Both the position numbers and the translations under genes were made by a program. The notes below the pieces were generated by a model. The model was not told the DNA's origin. It was given only the letters and a program-made list of their open reading frames with translations, and made no database searches. A stretch of DNA of 32,659 nucleotides from Nemertoderma westbladi. Lineage: Eukaryota; Animalia; Xenacoelomorpha. This document shows, in pieces, positions 1 to 10,300 of the stretch; positions within the stretch are counted from its first letter, which is position 1; each line of letters begins with the position of its first letter. Location: contig JAUCBJ010002020.1 in the NCBI GenBank assembly GCA_032718475.1, forward strand, positions 1 to 32,659, written 5' to 3'.

Positions 1-3000
1 TATAAAACGGAAAAGCTAACGGGAAGTTCAATCATGAAATTTTGCAATTTGGAAAATAATTTTGGTGCAGTAAAACAGTTTTTTACGTTTAATTGCAGTA
101 ATTTATATCATCAATCTATTTTTCAATTAATTGGACACCTTCCGATCTGTTAACTGAGTAAAGATTACTACAAATTATCTGCGTCTCCAGAATTTGACAA
201 ATCTTGGTGTAATTTTCTCAAGACAATGATACCACCACCATAAGCACCACCACCATAAAGCATGCTTTTATAAATAAATTCAAGGCGATTGGTCTAAAAA
301 TTTGGTAGCAGGTAACAGATATTGAAATGAGGCTATATAACAAGCACAGCCACATGTATGCACAGGGGGCGGCGTACAGTAATTAGTCCATATACAGAAT
401 ACATATATAGACTAAACTGAAACATTAAGTAGATAAACTACAGGGCCTAATAATTACTGATTTTCACAGAACCTGGAATAACTGGGTAAAAACATGAAAG
501 TGAAATTATTTAAATAACTGAAACGATTAATCGTACAGCTTTAGTACAGTAGGCCTAGACTTAGGTCCGACTTCTCTGGGTGTTCCAGTAGGCCTAGACT
601 TTAATAATTATTTTCAATGCACTTCTATAGGGTACACCGACACGACACAGTAGACAGTAAATGTTAATTTAGTAAAAGAAATATTGTTGCGATTTTTTAC
701 TTCACACAATCAAGCCAACATGTAGGTTGATACACCTTTATTACACATGTAACAATTACACTATCACCCATGTAGATCGCACTGATGATGGACATGTAAC
801 ATTGAATAAGACCCGCCACGAACGGTCTTCCTACCTTTAACGGCTCCCATCTTGCTGGATAGCATCTGTTTTGCCATAAACTCAACCATTTTGATAAAGT
901 TAAAGATATGTTCATAAAATATAAATCTTAAAAAAGCTATTCAAAACAGAATTACGGTATAGTAATTAGTACAGTATATAATATCGTGATATGAGTTGAA
1001 TGTATTTTATACTTTAATATATTTTATAAATAGATGGTTTGATTTCATATAATAACGCCGACTTTGACATTTTCAGATAAAGTCAATTAAATTGATTTTG
1101 CTGGAATTGTATTAATTTGAATGGGCCTATTGAAAATTTATTTAAAGTAAAGGGAAATCTTTCGTTGCATCATCTGGAGTCTGAATTCGATACAAACAGT
1201 CCGCTGCGGAAAATTAGTCGGAAAAAATGAGGACTCCCTCCCCCAAAAACAAACTTCTTTCTTTAATCATTCTGCATTTTAAAACGAGGAATGCAATAAA
1301 TTTTAAATCGTATTCTATGCTGTAAACATACGATCTGTGTGTAGAATAGATACTCGGTGTTTGGTTACCAGTATATGGTATAATACAAAAAATATTACCG
1401 GTAACATAGCTATTTTATTTAAATCAACTCACTTGCAAAGAAATCCATTAGAGCATAAATGGTATGAATATTATTATTAAGGACTCAATGAATTAGATTC
1501 AGCTATTACAAACCAAATATATTATTCTTTAGTATTAAAATATTTCAGAACAATGGCTATTATATTTGAAATTGGTGATGTCATTATTGAACATTCACGG
1601 CGAAAGTCCTCATTTTTATTTTCCCTCGAACTACTATGGCAAGCAGCTATTTCCCTATCCTATGTATGTATCAATAGTTAATGAGTATAATAAGTACCCT
1701 TACAGGGAATGAGTTTCCAAAATGAAACAGAACGATTTATTCAGAGTGGAGGCCACCATCCTTTGTGATTACACCACCAACCATTGAGAACGCTTGCGTA
1801 AATAGGCCTCAAGGAAATGAACCGTGTTGTCCTATCCATTAGGCTAGCGGGACTAGCTGCAGTTTTTTTCTCCCTATGTCATCCACACCCATGCTATACG
1901 CTCCTCTGTGCTGCCATAGCAACGCGGAGTAGTTATGGGCTCTGCGGCTAGAGCAAATTCCTGCTTGCGTTAAAAGCAGGCAGGAATTTTCTGTTTCATA
2001 AAATGGACGATTGCCCCCACGGAATTGGAGGTTGTTTCACGAATGGATTAGTTTATCGTTGCTCAGAAGGGAGTTTCTGAGGAATTTATTGGCATTTTCG
2101 GCAGGGCACTAAACAATCTGGCTTGTCTGCTGGCAGAGATGTCGTATTATGTTTATGGATTTGGTGACTTGAGGTGACATAAAAAGAACCAAATTGATTA
2201 AATGCCATGTTATATTCAAGCATGTTTAATATTACAAATATCTCACTGATATTTTATTGACAGAAATGCTTTTTAAATAATTTGATATTGTACTACAGTA
2301 TATATGTTACACAATATGTGAAAGCAAACACATGGTAATGGCATCACAGGTTAGGTATAGAAAATGTTAATTGATGTCACGGCAATACTGGATGAACAAT
2401 TGACGCTATTTAAGCAGCAGCTTGGAATATTGAACGACAGACTTGTTTGAGCTCAGCAGTGTTGCTACATCTTAGTGACACACCAAGGCTTTCATTTTTA
2501 ATTAGTGGATAAACATTGTAAAGAAAAAGTATACATTGGCTTATAGGTTGTACGCTATCAGTAGCCGGCATGACTCATTTGCTATTCCAGAAGGCTATTT
2601 ACTTTTTGCTCCTTGGTTTTGGTAATAACACAGCATAACCGCGATTATACAATGCGTCGTTAATTAAGTAAGCATTCTATCTTCTGCTACGAACTCTGTA
2701 TATCAGCGTGCTGATGTTTCATCAAGGGATTTGAATGAAAACCATGACATGACCAGGCTGTACTCGCTATCTGAGTAAGTGAGTGCCCGTCCCCCTTTCC
2801 CACACCTTCGTTCTGTCATATAGAATGGAATAAAATATCGGGGCAGCATGTACGTACAGTACACCGCATCATCTTATATTTCCCCAAAAGAAACTGCGTT
2901 CTACGCAGTACAACATCCCGTACCGTAGGCCTATTTAACTTTTAGTCAGGAGAGAAGGAGGGGTAATCAACAAGGCTTAGATTTTCCGTTGCAAGTCCAG

Positions 3001-3975
3001 AAATGGTGCGGTGCTGTGAGTCGTCGCTTCGTGTCAGTATTCTATCATCGTTATTCGCGCACACAATTTATGTACAAATTACGATCCGATCCTAACCTGT
3101 AAACGAAACTGCCTTTACTGTAAATCGAATTTAAGATTAAACAAAGAGATCTGATCCAGGATCGAACTCAGGACTTTCATATCTTAGTCAATAATTACAT
3201 TATTTTTGTGAGTCCCTCTTTCCTACCTACCTACTGTACCTAAAGAGGCAGTTTGGTCATTACCGTTACCACACCCTTTGGAGATGAAGATGCGGATAAT
3301 ATCGATAGGGAGTTGTGTCGGTGCAACTTTGTTGATAAGCCGGCATAGCATTCGTAATGCACGCACGCTGCATTGGGCTTGCCAATTGTGGATTGAATGG
3401 TGGTGACAAAATGTTTTTGTTAAGCTGGCATAGCATCTCAATGTGCAGTTTCAATGCAGCAGGCCGATTATAGTAGTAGTAGTAGTACTAACTGTAGTAT
3501 AGTAATAGTTACCACTACTAAATAAATAAATCCATTCTATCCTGTAGTAAATAATGTTTCAGTTTTCTTTAAAGTCATCTGTGGCTTAAGGGGGTGGGGG
3601 GGGGGGGAGGGGGGGTAGCCCCCCCTCGCTAAATATTTCAGAAATTTGTTTTTTATTGCATCTAGAGCAGAATTTAACGGGGATTTAAATGCCTTAGAGA
3701 GATCTCTTTTAGTTCTCGAGTTATCGCGGAAGTTATCGTGTTATAGTTATAGTTAGTTAGTTATAGTTCTGCAATTTTTGCTTTATACGAAAAGTAATTT
3801 CATAAGCTTCAATCAATTTCACGCACTTTTCTTAATTTAATTGTATTTCCCCATTTTTTAAATGAAAAAATACAAAAAATGTTAGTGAAGTAATCCCAAA
3901 CCAATATACGAGAATAACCGAGAATATGTGATACAATAAATGACATGATTATGAGAGTAACAACCGGAGATGACT

Positions 3976-3980
3976 TATTG
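3976..3980 (+). repeat. Target-site duplication TATTG (left copy; right copy 19896-19900)
   Basis: Identical 5-mer directly outside both LTR termini; 5 bp is typical of BEL/Pao. Confidence 0.93.
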
Positions 3981-5136
3981 TGTAAAGGCTTTTGCGTAAT
4001 TAGCCGGTTATTTTCCCCGTAAAGTACTCTGTAGTTAGTTTACTAGGCATAAAAAGTCCGTGTCCTTACTGTACTGGTGTTTTAGAGGACATAAAAGTAA
4101 TTTCTTCTGTAGGTATACTTTAGCGGACATAATCCGCAATTTTGTGACGCAATAAGCCGGATCCTCTTGAAAACAGTGTGGCTACCATGACGACGGCTAA
4201 CAGCTGATATTGCCACGTCGAACATTTCTTTGTTCTTTGTTCTCTCTTTGTTCGGTCAACCAATCAGAGCGTTTTTTGACTCTGTGTTGGAAGTTGGATA
4301 CAGAAACTCAGGAATTCAGTGTATATGTTTTTGCCCAGAGCCTAAGAACACCGGCTTTTGGCACCTCCGTGTTTCAGTCTTTAGCTTAACATTAGTAGGC
4401 TTAATTATAGAACGTATATCTGTTATCATATCATATCATATCTCACTTATCTATCTTATCTCACTTACTTACTCAACAATCTGTCGGTTATTCATTATAT
4501 TTGTTGATGGAATATTATATCGGAATACTGATCAATAATCAGACACCCCAATCTTCTTGATATACTAAAGGTTAGAGAGACCGGATACATATAACGATTG
4601 CGACTTACATTAAGTGGTTTGAAGTGAATCTAATGCTATTTCATAGGCCCGACATAAATTGTCTGTTGCTCTCTTTATATGTGACTAAAATTAGTGAAGG
4701 TCTGCAGATTAGTGTGCAGTATTGTGCAGCATTGTGTATGATTGTAACTGATAACAAAGCATCTCCTAAAGAATGCGCCATATACGTTAATCTATAGCCA
4801 TTCCGTTGTGTCTAGTTTAAGTCATAACTCTGTTTACATATTTAGAGCGCCACGTCCTAAAGGAACTGTTAATATTTCCCGAAAGTGAATAATATTTGTC
4901 AGAGATTATATATTACGATCAGTCGAATAATACAGTAGGCTTACACCTCAATCAAGTTAAGCTTCCGAATCCAGTCTCCCGGGTATATCCAGGTTATATT
5001 GGGTTGCGCATGCGCATAGACTGGCTTCGGCTAATGTAGTGTATCAAATACTCGTCATAGGCTAAAGACTATCTATCATCTAAAAGACATCCCAATTTGG
5101 CAGGTTAAACTGTCAAAGGTCTTAAAAGCGCAAACA
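3981..5136 (+). repeat. 5' LTR (1156 bp)
   Basis: Starts TGTAAAGGCT, ends GCGCAAACA. By-eye alignment to 18746-19895 shows 6 substitutions plus one block difference at 4993-5013. Confidence 0.97.
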
Positions 5137-5147
5137 ATAACAGATAT
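5137..5147 (+). other. Primer-binding-site position, ATAACAGATAT; not tRNA-type, candidate self-priming PBS
   Basis: No TGG next to the LTR end. Exact reverse complement ATATCTGTTAT at 4416-4426 in the 5' LTR (19181-19191 in the 3' LTR). Confidence 0.6.
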
Positions 5148-5417
5148 TGCTTCTGGATTGCGGCGTAAGCAATCAAGTCGAAAGTACCGGTCGTCCGGAA
5201 ACCTGTAGGCCTGACTGCCTGATCACCCGGACTGGTACTTACAGCAGTACAGGTACAGCAGTATTATTCGATTGTGAAATTGTATACCGGTAGGCTGTTT
5301 AAGAGATTAGGGACTGTACACCCCTTGTTTCTTTTGGAGCTTACTTATTTCTGTCAAGTTTTGTTTATTTGTAGGCCAGTATTGAGCAGAAGGCGTGTAA
5401 GCCTGCTCAGATTGTAC

Positions 5418-5997
5418 AGATAATTTGTAGGCTTGACTGTTGTCTAACTGTTGTTAAGTCTGAACGGATTGCAGTGTGTGTAGAGCATCTGTCCGATAAA
5501 GTGCTAGTTAGGAACGTAGGGGCTTCAAGTGCTGTGAGGTAAACCCCCTGTGAAAGAATAAGTCGTACTACTAGGTTAGAACGCATACTAACTAATCATT
5601 TCGGAGTCTGCATATACTGTAGTGTATTTAGGCTTGATAGTAGTCTGCCATCGTTTGGTCTGTACTTTGTTTGTGTAGTCTGTACAGGTAGCGTATAATT
5701 CTTATTTAGATAATTTGTAGGCTGGATAGTTGTCTGGCTGTTGTTAGGTCTGAGGAAATTTCAGTGTGTGTAGAGTGTATGTCCGATAAAGTGCCAGTTG
5801 GGAACGTAGGGGCTTCCAGTGCTGTGAGGTAAACCCCCTGTGAAAGAATAAGTCGTACTACTAGGTTAGAACGCATACTAACTAACCATTTCGGAGTCTG
5901 CACATACCGTAGTTTGTTTAGGCTTGATAGTAGTCTGTCAGTATTTAGTCTACATTTTGTTTGAGTAGTTTGTACGCGTAGCGTAATATTTATTATT
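5418..5997 (+). repeat. Tandem duplication, 2 x ~290 bp, in the 5' leader of the element
   Basis: Units start AGATAATTTGTAGGCT at 5418 and 5708 and share long identical stretches (e.g. GTGCTGTGAGGTAAACCCCCTGTGAAAGAATAAGTCGTACTACTAGG). Confidence 0.92.
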
Positions 5998-6941
5998 CAG
6001 AGTTTATGCGATTATTCGCAACATTCATATCCCCAAGTTTATTCCTACAGTAATTGTGCTTGTTATACATACCGTTATAGTTAAACTAACCCCGGTACTA
6101 CATCAGGGCTGCTCGGCGTAGGTAAAGACTGGAGATTTTGTGCTTTGGTCACTCCGGCAGATACCGTGGTTCTTTTAGCTGTTCAAGTATTTTTAACTAC
6201 TAATTATTTGTTGTACAAGTACTTGTACCTATTTTAGGGTTTAGTGTACAGTACTTTCCGAAGGTGATTAGTGTGTAGGCAGTGTATTTGTGTTGTAAAG
6301 TGGTTAATAGGCACATTGGTTCTGGTAGACCGCGGTAATTAACTTCTGGGTAGGAACACTCCGTGATACATAACGTAGTACCTATAGCGATACGGCTATA
6401 GGTCGTCAGACGGTGGTATTTTCCTATCTGGACAACGCAGTATATTTACTACTACTTATTATTTTCAAATACCGTAGTAACCTGTCCGTTGTAATAGCCA
6501 GATATTCTAACCCTTTGTTAGGCTGGTTTGTAGATTCCCTGTAAAATTACCCTAAAAATTCGTATTTGTAATTTTTGTGTTTATTTAGAGATTGTAATCT
6601 CACCCCGATTGTACGTAATTTGTAGTAATAAGTAACTTAGGTAAATTAGAATTATTTGTTTTAGTGTCCAACAAGTAGCACTTCACTGAGAGCGCACAGC
6701 TTCTGTGTAGTGACTCCCCCCAGAAATAATAACATTATTATTTCAAACATTGACAAAAACCCATTTCAACGGGTATATATATATTATAAATCAACTCAAA
6801 CGATTTATAAATAGTAGGCCTGCCATACAACAATTAGGTCTCAATATCAGTTGGACTACTGCTTAAATAACGGTAATAAAGTAAGTTAAAGTAACTAAGT
6901 AACCCTTAAAATTTAGAAATTCAATTATTTAAAATAATTGA

Positions 6942-7195
6942 CATACTGGTATTCACGATAGGCTTATTATATTTATTTCTATAAATTTAGGCTGAAATCA
7001 TACCGGTATTCTGCAATTAATTCTAGTCTGTAATTATACTTATATATATACATTATAAGTGTAAGTTGTATACCGGTATTTACGATAGGCCTATTATATA
7101 TTTATAAATTTTGGCTGAAATCATACCGGTATTCTGTAATTAATTCTAGTTAATAATAATACTTATATATACTATAAGCATACCGGTATTCTAAT
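6942..7195 (+). repeat. Tandem duplication, ~2 x 125 bp, AT-rich with recurrent TACCGGTA palindromes, just upstream of gag
   Basis: ACGATAGGC...GGCTGAAATCATACCGGTATTCTG.AATTAATTCTAGT occurs twice; TACCGGTA at about 7001, 7071, 7124 and 7181. Confidence 0.85.
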
Positions 7196-7324
7196 ATATT
7201 ATATATATCACGCTACACTGAGTAGCAGTATCGGTAATTAATTACTAGGCTAGCAGTTAATACTGAATTACTAGACTTGCTTAGACTGTAATATAGCAGT
7301 AGGCATACAACTGTACAAACAAAC

Positions 7325-10300
7325 ATGTCTGATACTAAGCAGAACCTGTCAGACAGTTTATTAGATGTAACTATCTGCGACTCAGATAGGGGTGTAGAAC
7401 CGTCTAGACCTAAGTTCAGCTCACCTCCCACTGTGAGGAAGGTCATCCCTCCAGTAGTAATTTCAGACCCTAGGCTAGTCCAACATCGTAGGTCTATCAT
7501 AGGCACTCGAGCTCAGGTCAAGCGGGACCAAGAAGCAGCGGAACAGCAACAACCCGCGAGCCAAGAACTTATTTCTCAGCGGCCCGACAGCTCCAGTAGT
7601 GCGGATACTGAAGAGCTGACACCCGAGCACGGAGCAAAGATGACGGATGCGGTTTATTCGGATCCCCTTCTCATCCTTCCTGCAGCCGTACTCACTAGGT
7701 TATTGATTGCGGCGGAAGAACACCAGATCGATTGGGCGAGAAATAAGCGATCGACTAAAGATAGTTATGCGGGATACACAAGGGAAGAACTGAAGTCTAT
7801 TGTCGAGTCGCAATGGAACTTCCCCGGACCCGGACTCCCGTTTGATTTATCAGAAGATGCCTGGGAAGACATACACCGGATGGGAGTAACCAAGGAGACC
7901 ATCGATCCAGCTGTGTGGAAGAGGTCCGCAGCCGGATACGCACAGGGATTCTTCAGCTCTATGGAGCGAGTAAAAGAACAACTGTTTCAACAACCCCAAG
8001 GACCTCAAGAGCAGGGACAACTGCTTTATCAAGTTAGAGAAAGAATTCTGCGAATCAGGCTAATCTTATCGGCCTTTGAGGAGGCTTCTAAAAGAAGACA
8101 AGACACGTCGTTGCAAGTTGCCGTAAAGACTTGGTTTCAACGGATGAGTCTCCAGGTTCAAGGAACGGCTCAGTGGAAAGCTCAGCTGGAGGAGCGCTCA
8201 ACCCATGGAGAATCAACAGACGCTACTTTTTCCCAAGTGGAAAGTGAAGCGACGGCAGAGAAACCGCATAAGAGGGATGCCATTGACATCTATCTGTCAG
8301 ACTATCAGCGTTTTTTAGGAGATGAAGAGTTGAGGAGAAGGTTAGATGGACTTAGCCCTAATAGCGAAGGAACTCAGCGTGTGTTGGATGCCATCGATGT
8401 GGAAATGAGGGCTGCGAACCAGGCTAAATTTGATGAACGCCTCCGCATCACTAGAGTCCAAGAAGAACAAGTAAAGATAAAACGTATAGAAGACAGAAAG
8501 GCAGCGGCAGTAGCAGCAGCAGTGGCAGCGGCAGAAGCTGAAAGAAAAGCGGCAGCGGCAGTGGCAGCGGCAGAGGCAGAAGCGGAGAGAAAAGTGGCCG
8601 AAGCGGAAAGAAAGGCTGCAGCGGCAGAGGCAGAAGCGGAGAGAAAAGCGGCCGAAGCGGAAAGAAAGGCAGCAGTGGTAGCGGCCGAAGCGGAAAGAAA
8701 AGCAGCAGTGGCAGCTGCAGAGGCAGTGGCAGAAGCAGAATGGAGAGCGGCTGAAGAAACCACCCAACTAGAATTGGAAAACATTCAGGAGAATCAAGAC
8801 TGCATAAATAAACAGTTAACAGCTAGTCAAATGCAGATGATGGGTCGATCTACTCCCAAAAGACAGGGATATACATCATCTGAGGAAGGCGATACCACCG
8901 ATACTGAAGGCAAAGGAAATAGATCTCGTCTAAGCAGACGTAGAAGAACATCACACCGTCAGAAATTGCCTGATTTGCCTCCAGCTGTTAGAAGGCAACT
9001 AAATAACACCAACTTAGGTAGTACAGAACCCACAGACCAAATAATTAAAATAGAAAGACTCCCTACTATAGTAGATGAGCCTGAAATAATTAGGCCTGTT
9101 CTTGAAATCACCCCTTCGGTGATAGAGACACCTGTGCTCCCTGAACCTACCTCTAAATTCCCTCTGCACAGAACCAAGCTACCTGTGCCCAGCAGAACAG
9201 CCCATGAGACAGTTCATGTCCTGGACTCCGAGCGAAATATTCATGATTTGTCGCCCGTTGTCCCTCGTCCGCCCGCTACAACGTTGGCGACTCCCGCTTC
9301 GGCGGTCGAATGGGTGGATGAGAGACGACGGGGGATGGATCTCCTGCTCGGGCAGATGCAGGAGACCGTTCAGCAATTCAAGGGCACAGTAAGGGAAAGT
9401 AGGTTAGAGTTGCAAGAAGTGCAGCAAAGTATCGCGTTAGAACGCGATAAATTAGTAAATACACAAAAGGGTATACCACCACCCTCGGTAACGATGTGTC
9501 AACCTGTTAGGTCTGAAGTATCTCATGCGCAAGGTATGGAGCCTACACGCATCTATACTGCTAGCGAAGTAGAAACTCCTATAGTGAACCCTATTAAGGG
9601 TAATTATAGACCTGTTGATAATGATATTCCCTATAGACCTGATCATAATCCGAGAAATTTATATACAGATAGCTCGATATTAAATAACACGATGGCCCAA
9701 GAAAGTTTTACGCGTCAAATGGCTAGAACCGAAGCCCGGCAAGCGGTAAAGGTGGGAGAGATAGTCAAGTTCAATGGTGATGAGATGAAATGGTTACCTT
9801 TTAATGAATATTATAAAGATAACATACAGAACTCTGTACTATCTAATGGAGAGAAACTTAGATTCCTCATCGAGTGCTTGGAAGGATCTCCCAAGTTAAT
9901 GGCGTTAAAGTTTATTGGACATCCAGACGGATTAAGACAAGTTTGGGATACACTAAACATCAGGTATGGTAATAGGAATAACATAGCTAAATATTTGTAT
10001 GCAAAATTAGTAGCGCCCCGAAAGTTCATTAGCAGCGGGATAATAGAGTTTTCCGATGAGATTCAAGAGATCTGTAGACAATTAGATTGGTTAGGTAAGT
10101 CTCATGAATATCAGAGTTCTATGGTTATTGGAGCCGTGGCTTCTACTTTACCGAAGGGTGGAGTAGGTACACGCTGGGATAAGAAAGTGTTATATATGAT
10201 GGAACAACAACAACGAGACCCTACCATGGCTGATCTCATGTCATTCTTGGATGGCGAAGTGAAATTACAGCTCATAAAGCAGTCCAGAGAGAAGACACCG

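Noticed and set aside
313-324. 12-nt match (TAACAGATATTG) to the PBS region in flanking host DNA
   Set aside because: No extension and outside the element; treated as chance and noted as a caution for the self-priming claim.
697-915. 72-aa minus-strand ORF as a possible exon
   Set aside because: No recognisable motif and no phase-compatible partner exon found.
3154-3190. B-box-like GAGTTCGATCC on the minus strand as a tRNA gene
   Set aside because: No cloverleaf or clear A box; at most a SINE remnant.
4230-4538. 102-aa ORF in each LTR (also 18995-19303)
   Set aside because: TTG start, T-rich low-complexity sequence; duplicated only because the LTRs are duplicated.
5154-5171. TGGATTGCGGCG as a displaced tRNA PBS
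   Set aside because: 17 nt from the LTR end, too far for a normal PBS, and I do not recognise it as complementary to a tRNA 3' end; a tRNA search is still needed.
5418-7195. CRISPR-like or prokaryotic interpretation of the repeats
   Set aside because: Repeats are long two-unit duplications without unique spacers, in spliceosomal-intron-containing DNA.
8342-8784. Antisense Cys/Phe-rich and Ala/Ser-rich ORFs
   Set aside because: Shadows of the Gag Ala-rich repeat.
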